A stretch of DNA of 64,000 nt from a virus (Duplodnaviria; Caudoviricetes), in the IMG/VR virus record IMGVR_UViG_3300011339_000106, positions 1,489 through 65,488 of that record; one strand, 5' to 3'. The translations under genes and the position numbers were made by a program. Below, one piece after another: positions 55,001-63,600 of the stretch (positions within the stretch are counted from its first letter, which is position 1; the number at the start of each line of letters is the position of its first letter). The notes under the pieces are model-generated. The model had not been told where the DNA came from and searched no databases. It worked only from the letters and a program-made list of their open reading frames with translations.

Positions 55001-58000
55001 CCAGATTCTTGGACGCAACGTACAGACCTTCGATCTGCTTGCCGTCCTTGGCAAGCTGGTCACGTACCTCCAGCTTGGTACGCATCGTCATGTCGCCCAA
55101 GCGCTTAGCCAGCGTACGCACAAACTCCGTGGAACCGTTCTCGCTCAGATCTGCAAGAGCCGTACGGATGTCGCCGTCTTCAACAGCTTCCGTAGTCGCA
55201 GCGTTGAGCGCAGTGGACTCACGCGACTCGTACTCGGGACCAGCTTCACGGAAGAACACATCTTCGTTGGGCCCACCAAGAATCTCGGGTTCAAACGCCT
55301 CAAGCTCTTCGCTCTCCGCCACAGCCCTGGCCCTGCGCTTGGCCTTTGCTGCTTTGCTCTGTACCGCCTTGAGGCGTGCTTTGGCTTCATCATCCGCTTG
55401 CTTGCGTTCCGCAGCCCGCTGCGCTGCTACCTCTGCTGCCTTTGCGGCGCGTGCCTTACGTTCAGCACGGATGGGCGCAGCCGCTTCTTCTGCGGCAGCT
55501 TGCTCTGCCCGAGTGATCGCCACATCGCGTTGCTTCTCACCACGAGCTTCGGTCAGACGCTGGCGGGTATCCGTTGCAGTGATCCCGGCACGGCTTTCGG
55601 GAGACTCGGTGCGCAACGCCTTGGGCGGAATAACTTCAGCGCGGGTCAACGGGCCGATGGCGCGTTGTTGCGTACCTTCAGCGACACCCAGGCGCTCGCC
55701 TGGGATGCGGTTGCGTAGGATCTCCGTGTTCAGTTCTTCGCGGTATGCACGAAGTTCTGCGGGATCAACACGCGTAACTTTCGGGTAGTTCTGCGCTGCC
55801 GCCAGCAAGCGTTGGTGCTTGTCGCGCTTGGCCGTATCCACATCGATAGCGGCCTGAATCTTGGCCCGCTTACCTTCAAGGATCTGCTCTTGTGCTGCCG
55901 CATCGCCTTTGGTTTTGGCCTGCTCACGCGTGGTGAGTTTGACAGCGGCAAGCTGCTTGTTCAGACCATCCAATCGTTGCTCAGCCGCCGCAAGATCCGC
56001 TTGCTTCTTCTGGATCAACGCAGGGCGTGTAGCCTCTGCCGCTTCCATCTTTTGCAGCTTCTGCTGCAGGTATGCATCTGCCTGCTCAGACGCCTGAATG
56101 CGTTCATCCGCACCTAGGCGTGGGTTGTACGCGGCCTCGACAAGCTTGGTGTACTTCTCATCTGCCAGCGTCTCGCCGGTCTGCTGCTCGAACTGCACAA
56201 GAGTGCGCGGCCCAGCCTCGGCACGCTCCAAGCGTGCCTGCTCTTCACGGCGTTTAGTGGCGTCTTCGGCTTCGCGGGTAGCAAGTGTGGAGATAGGCGC
56301 AGCGGGTGCGGGCGCTGGAGCAGGTGCAGGCTCAACACCGGGAAGCTCGGGCTGCGGCGCTGCTTTTGCGGTCTCCATCGTCTGAAGCACATTGCGTATG
56401 CGGGCAGTATCGGCAGGGTCCGCACGCCCCGTGTTCAGCGTCTGATAGAGCCACGTAGCTACCTGCTGCGGAGGCATGACTTCTGCAGGAGCGGCGGGCA
56501 CCACCTTGCTTGGGCCTTGGGTCATCGCCGTAGCCGCACGTTGGCGCATTTCAGTAGCGCCCTCTGCAGCGCGTGCCGTAGCGGCACGCATGAACGCTGG
56601 CACATCCGCCTGGATCTGCTGAACAACCGTCTTGGTCTCTTCATCCACACGCGGAGACGCCATCACCCGCTCGGTCAGCGCACCGATTTGCTTTGTCAAT
56701 GCAGGCGCAGGTTGAGTGGACGGTACAGCCTCTTGCGGAGGTATTGCGACACGACGGGTTTCAGTCGCTTCTGGAGCAAGCGTGTCCAGCTTGGACTGCA
56801 GCGCACCAAGCTGTTTGTCAATCGCGGCGGCACGTTCGGGACGGTCCGCCGCTTCACTGCGCCGGACTTCCAGGGCATCAATCTGAGCTTGAAGCTTTTG
56901 TGCTTGCGCTCCCATCTTGGGAGCCTCCACCGTGCGCGTAACCTGCTCGCGTGCCGGAGCAAACATATCCAACTGAGGCGCTTGGCGGAACTGCTCGGCT
57001 TCTTGAGCACGTTGCGTTTCGACTTGTGCGGCCTCTTCACGAGCGGCTTGCTGTTCCAACGCGCCTTGCGTACGCATGGTGGCTGCTGCTTCACGGCCTG
57101 CGCCCATAGCTTCGCCCAGAGCGTCCCGGCGTTGCTGCTCTGCAGCAATTGCTGCAGGCGCAAACAGCCCTTGATCAGGCGTTGGGATCTGCTGAAGCTT
57201 CTGCCGCGCAGCAATCAGTTGCTGACCAAACTTCAGTACGTCATCCTGTTCGCCCGCCTCCTTGGCTTGAGCGAACTTCTTCTCCAACTTCTGTACTTCT
57301 TTCTGTACAGCCTCAAACTGCGGAACCTGGGGCAGCTTGCCTAGCGCCTCTTGCGCCTTATCAAGCGCGACTTGTGTACGCTGCGCTTGCTCAGCGACCT
57401 TCATCGCGTCTTCAGGCGACTCGGCTTCAGACATGGCCGTGCGCTGCTGTGTCAGCAGATCGTTCAGTCCACGGGCTTCTTGCTCGTAGCGAGGACGCGC
57501 AACTTCTGGCGCTTCAGGCTCGGGCTCCGCCGCAGGCGGCTCAGTCACACGCCCAGGTGGCGGTGTCAACTGCAGCACTTGCTCTCGTGCTTTCTCGACA
57601 GCATCGGGGCCACCAGCGGCGAGGTACTCTTTGCGCTGCTCCTTGAGCTTGGGCTCAAGCTCTTTAAGCTGCTGCTGGATCAGGACGTTGCGGTCCTTGT
57701 CCTCTTGCGACAGCGGCGCTTCCTTGGTTCCCTTGATGATCTGCGCCATCAAGTCGGACTTCTGCTTGTTCAGCGCTTCGTACTGGTCTGCCAAGCCCAG
57801 AATGTAGTCCGGCTGGGACTTCTTGGCCTTCTCTTCGGCCTGTTGAGCCTCGCGCTCTTTGGTCGCCTGCTGCTCTAGCAACCCTCGCGCTTCGCGTTGC
57901 TCACGCCCACGCTCCACATACCGGCCAGCAGGAGCCAAGGTGCCGCCCAGGACGGCACCGCCAAGGAAGCTTTCAAAGTACTCTGCCCGAGCCTTCTCGT

Positions 58001-58766
58001 CCGTGATGTTCAGGCCCGCTTGCAAGCGCTCAAACACCTGCTGTGCGGACTCCGTCAAACCTTCGATGCCTGCGGTCTTGCCCGTCTTGGCGGTGTAGTC
58101 GATGAGCGTCTTCTTCAGGCCTTGCTCAGCGATGTCCTTGGCGGTCTCGGCAGTGACCTTGACGCCTGCCTGACCGAACATACGTCCGATGCCAGGGATC
58201 ATCCGCATGGACAGCGTATCAAGCGCGGCCTGAGGGACTGCTGCCAGCGCGGCAGCACCCAGATCTGTCTCAGAGAGCTTCTTGCCCTCTTCCATCTGAC
58301 GCGACAAGTTGGTCGCCGTGAACTGACCAGCGGAAGTCAGACCAGCAGCGCCAAGGCCCGCAACGGCAGCAGCCGTACCCGTGAGAGGCAGTGCAGCAGC
58401 GCCAAGACCAGCGGCAAGAGGAGCCGCCATATACGGCAAAGAGCCGCCCAGAAGCTCAGTGAACTTCGTGACGGGCGCTTCGGTCCAGCCTGCTTCGGTA
58501 GGCTTGAAAATCTCCTTGGCTCGCTTCTGTGCGGCTTCGTACTCCGCCTGGGCCTTGGCTTCGTCCTTCAGGCCGACCTTGCCCAAGAGGGCAGAGATGC
58601 CCCCACCAAGCTCGGTAGCACCGGCCTTGAGCGCGGGGATGAAGCCAGATTCAGGCTGACCGCCGCCCCCTAGTTGGCGTCGAATGATTGCCGCCGCCTC
58701 TTCCCTGGACACACTGTCCGGGAATTCAACTGTGCGTCCGTCAGGAAGAGCTACGGTGTAGGGCAT
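52032..58766 (-). CDS. Large polyvalent virion/ejection protein (zincin HExxH plus LPD38-like C-terminus)
   Basis: 2244 aa; N-terminal hydrophobic G/A helices, long coiled coil, EEVLTHELTHAAT, C-terminal EEK..NW...PG.....RLPIPFELG...KALPE. Confidence 0.8.
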   Translation of the reverse strand: MPYTVALPDGRTVEFPDSVSREEAAAIIRRQLGGGGQPESGFIPALKAGATELGGGISALLGKVGLKDEAKAQAEYEAAQKRAKEIFKPTEAGWTEAPVTKFTELLGGSLPYMAAPLAAGLGAAALPLTGTAAAVAGLGAAGLTSAGQFTATNLSRQMEEGKKLSETDLGAAALAAVPQAALDTLSMRMIPGIGRMFGQAGVKVTAETAKDIAEQGLKKTLIDYTAKTGKTAGIEGLTESAQQVFERLQAGLNITDEKARAEYFESFLGGAVLGGTLAPAGRYVERGREQREARGLLEQQATKEREAQQAEEKAKKSQPDYILGLADQYEALNKQKSDLMAQIIKGTKEAPLSQEDKDRNVLIQQQLKELEPKLKEQRKEYLAAGGPDAVEKAREQVLQLTPPPGRVTEPPAAEPEPEAPEVARPRYEQEARGLNDLLTQQRTAMSEAESPEDAMKVAEQAQRTQVALDKAQEALGKLPQVPQFEAVQKEVQKLEKKFAQAKEAGEQDDVLKFGQQLIAARQKLQQIPTPDQGLFAPAAIAAEQQRRDALGEAMGAGREAAATMRTQGALEQQAAREEAAQVETQRAQEAEQFRQAPQLDMFAPAREQVTRTVEAPKMGAQAQKLQAQIDALEVRRSEAADRPERAAAIDKQLGALQSKLDTLAPEATETRRVAIPPQEAVPSTQPAPALTKQIGALTERVMASPRVDEETKTVVQQIQADVPAFMRAATARAAEGATEMRQRAATAMTQGPSKVVPAAPAEVMPPQQVATWLYQTLNTGRADPADTARIRNVLQTMETAKAAPQPELPGVEPAPAPAPAPAAPISTLATREAEDATKRREEQARLERAEAGPRTLVQFEQQTGETLADEKYTKLVEAAYNPRLGADERIQASEQADAYLQQKLQKMEAAEATRPALIQKKQADLAAAEQRLDGLNKQLAAVKLTTREQAKTKGDAAAQEQILEGKRAKIQAAIDVDTAKRDKHQRLLAAAQNYPKVTRVDPAELRAYREELNTEILRNRIPGERLGVAEGTQQRAIGPLTRAEVIPPKALRTESPESRAGITATDTRQRLTEARGEKQRDVAITRAEQAAAEEAAAPIRAERKARAAKAAEVAAQRAAERKQADDEAKARLKAVQSKAAKAKRRARAVAESEELEAFEPEILGGPNEDVFFREAGPEYESRESTALNAATTEAVEDGDIRTALADLSENGSTEFVRTLAKRLGDMTMRTKLEVRDQLAKDGKQIEGLYVASKNLVQLHRDALSEEVLTHELTHAATMRVLEADPKTLTPEQRAARQEIENLHAAIQKQPEFAREYGRTDVKEFVSELMSNQAFRDKLDTKPGLLKRIYNALMRLIGMPRMSASEKAVENAYKLFMPSQVIQAAPAPSARREAPGMATANRVADSLIAKEKGVIQNLKDNFLGMGFRAQFVDKLAPLEEALKKGGIDQKKALQAMYYLRMYDQRMHFTSQAISDGVPEIVEKARKDGGTERLIETKPGANISQIVDILKGKDVVKAAGSPDAANRLFTLYLAAIRAERVGIDALNFGGKVTQADLDAARAEIEANDTLREAFSEARDIYNQYNRNLIEFAVQTGALARSDAKALLASNDYVPYYRVKDGVAQLIVGKETPIRIGNLKDSPHLKELVGGDEAIFDFLTSSVQNTAMLLDMSMKNLATKNAMFELKDVGLATVSKVPKSGKTPDGAVTFKRDGEDYYAVVDTDKIGIDGDLLVKGLAGIPTMFPSFVRVLGIPARFLRRAVVASPVYMARQLFRDSLAASMTSGANLVPVLDSLKQIGKPKALGARGITGGQVFTGMPEDVTRMLKDMQAGKVSVTSGLAWLEAKSAQADALTREAQYQSYRDQGLSEMEATYMALESMNFSTRGLSPTLHMVSTLIPFFNAQIQGLDVLYKAFAGQMPMNERLAIREKLWTRGLLLAGMSMAYALAMQDDETYKNAKPEEKYGNWFVQVPGFEQMVRLPIPFELGYVFKALPEAIVNTLVNDKGGEEALKAGKHIVQQMIPGASSYFLPQAVKPALETILGTSLYTGRSIESSREQMVEPGFRYRDNTTALAKEVGELTGFSPVKLEYLIRGYTGGMGMALLQALSAPFGSSGPESATKRMSDMPVIGTLFQPKDASGIIDATYERMKQVNQVKETYEDLMNKGRTADAQKYIAARMDDMALASVAGSFREYMGQITEFERGVRASNLTPDQKREKLDQARQMKIKLAESVRAVADRKTPQASPA

Positions 58767-58769
58767 GCT

Positions 58770-60374
58770 TTACTCGATCTTGCCTGTTGCAGGGTTGTAC
58801 TTTAGCTGTCTGCCCGGAGCAGCGCCAGAGGCCGCGCCCGAAGCGGTCTTGAATCCCGCGACAAAATCTTCAAACGTCGGGTTGCCCAACATAAGCTTGT
58901 TCTTGCTGTAGATCTCATACAGCTTGACCATCCGATCCTCATCCCGCTTAGATGACTGGATATCTTCATACATCTTGCGGTTCTTGGGATCTTGCAGCCA
59001 CTGCATCAGCGCGATTTCGCCAGGGGGCTTGCCCGCTTGAATCATCGCCGCCCGCGCTTGTGTCTCGCTCGAAGCCGCATTACGCAGTGCCGCAATACCC
59101 GACGCCTGCTGTACCTGCTCTCCTACTGCTTCCTTGCGAATGCCGCGCTGCGTGTTGAACAGTTCGGCCTTGATGTCCTCTGCTTTTGCCAGAGCATCGC
59201 GCTTGAGTTTGTCATCGCCGACAACATCCGCATGCTGAGCTTGTGCCATCGTGATGTTCAACTGCGCAGTCAGATCGTTGTAGCGACCCTGCAGGGCCTG
59301 AACACGCTTGCGCTGTTCGCCCATGAACTCTGAACCCGCGCCTGCAGCAGCGGCAAGACCTTGACCAAAACGCTTAGCACCGCCAGTGGCAGCAGCCATA
59401 CGGCCCAACGCTTCAGCGTTACCGAACAATCCTGCGGCTCTTTCTGCCCGGGCCTCCTCAAGCGCTTTCTTTTGCGGGTCATAAGCACTGCCCAAGACCT
59501 GTTGCAGGCGTTCGCGTGAAGCCAAAACGTCGGGATTCACCGTGCCCATCTGCCGCGCAAGCGCTTCTCTGGATCGTGCAAGCGCTTCTGCCCTTTCCTG
59601 ATCCGCCTTGATCTCTGCTTGACGTTCTGGAGACAAAGACGGAAGCCCCATGATTGGGGTTGAAGCCGGTGCCGCAGCCTGCATACGCGGACCTGCAGGA
59701 GGAGCCGATAGTGAACGTCCGATGGACGGAGCCATTGGTGCGGCTGCAGCCGCAGTAGGCGCAGGTGCTCTGCGAAGCAGGCGGGCAAGCTCATCGCCCG
59801 TATCCGCCGCAGGAATGTCCGCTTCTCTGGGAAAGCGCTCTGCAAACGACCGACCGATGCCTTGTTGGCGTGACAACTCGGCCCGCTTTTGCGAACGCCT
59901 GATACGCTCCATGAGCGGCAAACCCGGATCATCACTCAGATCTTCCGTTTCGCCACCGTCTTCAAATGCCACCGCTCCGCCGCCTGCGTAGGCTTGGGGC
60001 TCCATCTGCTCCGCCGCTTGGACAACTTGTGCTGCCACCGGGGGCTGCTGCTGCATTTGGGCGTTCTGCGCCATGGCCTGCTGCCCTTGCGCAGCCATCA
60101 TCGCTTGGGCTTCTTTCTGCTTCTCAGCCAGCGCAGAGATCACCGCCCAAAGCGGGGGATTACCCGGCTGTGGATTCTGGTACAGCATCTTCAACTGCTC
60201 AAGCGGCATGTTCTTGAGCGAACCCGTCATAGCCTGCGGCGTAGGAGCGCCTTGCTGCTGCGGCATCATTCCTGGCATCTGCTGCATGGGAGCCTGCCCA
60301 GGCATGGGGGCTTGACCCGGCATCGGGCCTTGTTGTGCTTGTGGCAGAGAAGCCAATCCTTGCTGCGGAATCAT
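58770..60374 (-). CDS. Internal virion (ejection) protein
   Basis: 534 aa Q/A-rich; YAGGG and FEDGG motifs; GLAAAAGAG hydrophobic patch; LKYNPATGKIE end. Confidence 0.7.
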   Translation of the reverse strand: MIPQQGLASLPQAQQGPMPGQAPMPGQAPMQQMPGMMPQQQGAPTPQAMTGSLKNMPLEQLKMLYQNPQPGNPPLWAVISALAEKQKEAQAMMAAQGQQAMAQNAQMQQQPPVAAQVVQAAEQMEPQAYAGGGAVAFEDGGETEDLSDDPGLPLMERIRRSQKRAELSRQQGIGRSFAERFPREADIPAADTGDELARLLRRAPAPTAAAAAPMAPSIGRSLSAPPAGPRMQAAAPASTPIMGLPSLSPERQAEIKADQERAEALARSREALARQMGTVNPDVLASRERLQQVLGSAYDPQKKALEEARAERAAGLFGNAEALGRMAAATGGAKRFGQGLAAAAGAGSEFMGEQRKRVQALQGRYNDLTAQLNITMAQAQHADVVGDDKLKRDALAKAEDIKAELFNTQRGIRKEAVGEQVQQASGIAALRNAASSETQARAAMIQAGKPPGEIALMQWLQDPKNRKMYEDIQSSKRDEDRMVKLYEIYSKNKLMLGNPTFEDFVAGFKTASGAASGAAPGRQLKYNPATGKIE

Positions 60375-60386
60375 GGGGTGTCGTCC

Positions 60387-62879
60387 TTACTTCGGCGTAG
60401 CGGTAGGGTTCAGCATTTGATACAGCGCAAGCCCAGAGAGTCCACCAGACAACGCTGCGGACAGACCAGATTGCCCCTCGTTGTATGCACGCGCTTGGAG
60501 AGGCAGACCTTGCAGCAGACTCTGCATGTACGTGGCCTGTTGGTACGGGTACTTCATAGATTCTTGGAATTGCTGGTACGCAAAGTCAAGCGGCTGTTGT
60601 GCCAACTGCTGCTGTGTAGCGCCAGCGCCAAGAAGCGCCTGCAGACCTGCAAGCTGCTGACCGTACTGCTGCGTACCCAATCCACCAAGCGCTTGTGCTG
60701 CGGCGATCTGCTGCTGCAGACCTTGGAGACCGTATTGAGCGCCGAATTGCCGTGAGGCTTCCGTCTGTTGAGCGCCTTGCAGACCGTACTGTGCAGCAAG
60801 TTGAGCAGCGTTCATCTGTTGGCCGTAGCCAAACTGACGCGAAGCCTCCTGTGCCTGCAGTCCCGACAACCCATACTGAGCGCGGAGTTGGTCGATATTG
60901 GTCTGTTGCTGTGCAGTAAACTGGCGCGACAGGTCAGACGCCTTCTGAGCGTCCATCCCGAACTGAGCCTGCAACTGCGCTGCAGTCATCTGTTGACCAG
61001 ACGCAAACTGACGCGCTGCTTCCTGAGCCTGCTGGGCGGACAATCCATACTGCGCTGCAAGCTGCGCTGCCTGCATCTGCTGACCGGCACCAAACTGACG
61101 CTCCTGAGCCGTCTGTTGCTGTGCTTGCAAGCCAAGCTGGGAACCAATCTGCGCGGTATTGAGCGCCTGCTGCTGTGCAAACTGCCGGGACAGATCCGTC
61201 GCCTTCTGAGCGTCAAGACCGAACTGCGTTTGAAGCTGCTGGGCCGTGAGCATCTGGCCTGCGTTGAACTGACGCGCAGCCTCTTGTGCCTGTTGTGCAG
61301 ACAGGCCGTACTGTGCTTGCAGTTGAGACGCTTGCATCTGCTGCCCTGCGCCAAATTGGCGTGAGGCTTCTGCAGCTTGCTGTGCAGTCATGCCTTGCTG
61401 AGATGCAAACTCAGCGCTACGTGCGGCCTGCTGTGCGCCAAACTGACGCGACATCTCTTCAGCCTTCTGCGCATCCAGACCAAACTGAGCCTGGAGTTGT
61501 GCAGCGGTCATCTGCTGACCTGCATTGAACTGCCTTGCAGCTTCCGTAGCTTGTTCACGCGACAGGCCGAACTGGGCTTCAAGCTGGGCTGCAGTCATCT
61601 GCTGGCCTGCGCCAAACTGCTTGGCCTGCTCGGTGGCCTTACGTGCCTCCAGCAACTGCGCCAAACCCTGCATGCCGTACTGAGCACCGAACTGGCGAGA
61701 CGCCTCGGTAGCCTTCTGCGCTTCAAGCCCAAACTGAGCACCGCGTTCAGCGCCAAACTGCTTCGCCGCTTCAGTGGCTTGCTGGGCAGTCATGCCAAGC
61801 TGAGCTTCCTGTGCGCGTTGAGCCAGCGCCCGGTCGTATGCCCCTTGCAGCCCCTTGGCGCGAATGTCGCCCATCTGAGTTGCCAGATTACGCTGCGCTT
61901 CTGCGTTCTCAATGGCTTGACGGGCACCACCGAAGGCCCCCGCCTGAGCATACTTGGCACCACGGGCAGTACCGGCAATGTCTGCTTGCCGCTGCGCTTC
62001 ACGAGCTTCGATATCAGAGACAGCGCTCTGGTACGGGCTCATGTAGGACTGCACGGACCCTACTGGACCAAGCCCTGTGGTGATGCCTTCTGGGTTGTAG
62101 TTAAACCCAGGACTGAACTGGCTGGTCTGGTACGTGGTCGGCGTGATGCCTTCAGCCAGATTTGATGCCTGATAAGCGCTGGGCGCTTGGAACTGATCAG
62201 AAAACTGCGTGGTAGGCCCAGTCTGAGGAGCCTGGAAACCCGGCCTAAATGCCCCGGTCTGATACTGTGAAGGCGCTTGATAACCAACCTGAAACTGTCC
62301 GGCTTGGAACTGCCCAGGCGCTTGGAACTGATTGCCGAACTGCGTTGCCTGAGAGGGACCGTACTGGAAGTTTGCAGCGTAGTTGGTAGGCGTAAACGCA
62401 CTCGGCGCTTGGAACCCAGACGTTGCAGTGGTGGGTTGATACCCAGGCTGCTGTTGGAACTGGTTCGTGAACTGCGTCTGCTGCGTCGGAGTAGGCGCGT
62501 TGAACTGGGAACCAAACTGCGTTGGCGCATACCCAGCGGTGCTGGCAAACTGATTGCCAAACTGACCTGTTTGGAATTGCCCCGGCGCTTGGTAGAAGTT
62601 ACCGAACAGTCCCGGAGAGTACCCGAGGTTGCCCGCCGCCTGCCCTGCTTGAGTCAGGAAGTTAGTCGCAGTGCCAAACTGGGACGGCAACTGCAGGTTG
62701 CCAAGACCTTGAAACGCTTGGGTCTGAAGTCCAGACGGGCCTGCGTAGCGCTGGCCGGTGTACTCTTGGTACGGCAGGTTGGCAAGCCCCTGCCCACGCG
62801 ACAGCATGTCGTAAACATACGGCGCAAAGTTTGGAGAGAGGGTTGACTGTGCGGGGTCGATAACTTCGTCAGCCATCAT
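60387..62879 (-). CDS. DNA pilot/ejection-tube protein with 15-aa and 29-aa repeat arrays
   Basis: 830 aa; core YMSPY...A...A..AGAFGG.RQA...AE..RN; Q-rich repeats; C-terminal GLSAALSGGLSGLALY. Confidence 0.75.
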   Translation of the reverse strand: MMADEVIDPAQSTLSPNFAPYVYDMLSRGQGLANLPYQEYTGQRYAGPSGLQTQAFQGLGNLQLPSQFGTATNFLTQAGQAAGNLGYSPGLFGNFYQAPGQFQTGQFGNQFASTAGYAPTQFGSQFNAPTPTQQTQFTNQFQQQPGYQPTTATSGFQAPSAFTPTNYAANFQYGPSQATQFGNQFQAPGQFQAGQFQVGYQAPSQYQTGAFRPGFQAPQTGPTTQFSDQFQAPSAYQASNLAEGITPTTYQTSQFSPGFNYNPEGITTGLGPVGSVQSYMSPYQSAVSDIEAREAQRQADIAGTARGAKYAQAGAFGGARQAIENAEAQRNLATQMGDIRAKGLQGAYDRALAQRAQEAQLGMTAQQATEAAKQFGAERGAQFGLEAQKATEASRQFGAQYGMQGLAQLLEARKATEQAKQFGAGQQMTAAQLEAQFGLSREQATEAARQFNAGQQMTAAQLQAQFGLDAQKAEEMSRQFGAQQAARSAEFASQQGMTAQQAAEASRQFGAGQQMQASQLQAQYGLSAQQAQEAARQFNAGQMLTAQQLQTQFGLDAQKATDLSRQFAQQQALNTAQIGSQLGLQAQQQTAQERQFGAGQQMQAAQLAAQYGLSAQQAQEAARQFASGQQMTAAQLQAQFGMDAQKASDLSRQFTAQQQTNIDQLRAQYGLSGLQAQEASRQFGYGQQMNAAQLAAQYGLQGAQQTEASRQFGAQYGLQGLQQQIAAAQALGGLGTQQYGQQLAGLQALLGAGATQQQLAQQPLDFAYQQFQESMKYPYQQATYMQSLLQGLPLQARAYNEGQSGLSAALSGGLSGLALYQMLNPTATPK

Positions 62880-63598
62880 GCTTTCCTTTCAAGCTCGCGC
62901 ATCAGGGCGTAGAGCCCTTTGGTACTTCGACCGGGCGGAATGTAGGCTTCGCCGTTAGAGACTTTGGCAGGAGTGGTCCCGTTGCGCCCGTGGATTGTCG
63001 CTGGGATTGAGTCGCTTGTGGACGTTCCTGGGCCAGTAATTGGGCGTGCTTCGGGGAGTATCTGCTGCAGCGCTTCTTGCCCCCCAGCGCCTTGCACAGC
63101 GTCACCGGTCATCACGAAGCCACCGTCTTCCATCTGCACCTGTCCACCACCTGCGTAGGCTTGCATCAGACCGCCATTGGCTGCATATCGAGCGATGGGT
63201 GTGCCACCAGCACCGGGAGCAACAGTGCGTGTGTACTGACGTGGGCCTTGGTAAGCCAGCTTGGTGCCACCACCTCCGGCTTTTTGCCGATCAAGCGCGG
63301 ACAGCAGCGCCATGATGGCCGCGAGACCGCCCTTGGATGTTGCAAGGTCAAGACCTTGACCTAGTAGCTTTTGCGCCCCGCCCGCACGATTAAGCGCATT
63401 GATGAACCCAGTCATTCCGGTTCCGGTCCACCCAGGATAAAGCTCTACGCCACCAGCAGGGATGGTGTCTTGTGTACCGCCGCCATAACCCTTGTCGTAC
63501 TCGTCGGCGTATGTGTAATTGGGGTTGCTACTAACAACATCCCATTCGGGCTGCTCATTAGCTGTTGTGTCTAGGTTTAACAAATCAAACCAATCCAT
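62876..63598 (-). CDS. Internal virion protein
   Basis: 240 aa; YAGGG, EDGGFV, GPGTSTSDSIPATI, KVSNGEAYIP. Confidence 0.75.
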   Translation of the reverse strand: MDWFDLLNLDTTANEQPEWDVVSSNPNYTYADEYDKGYGGGTQDTIPAGGVELYPGWTGTGMTGFINALNRAGGAQKLLGQGLDLATSKGGLAAIMALLSALDRQKAGGGGTKLAYQGPRQYTRTVAPGAGGTPIARYAANGGLMQAYAGGGQVQMEDGGFVMTGDAVQGAGGQEALQQILPEARPITGPGTSTSDSIPATIHGRNGTTPAKVSNGEAYIPPGRSTKGLYALMRELERKA

Positions 63599-63600
63599 TT

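Noticed and set aside
52032-58766. N4-like virion RNA polymerase to explain the hairpins
   Set aside because: No RNA polymerase catalytic motifs recognised; the protein instead has zincin and LPD38-like features
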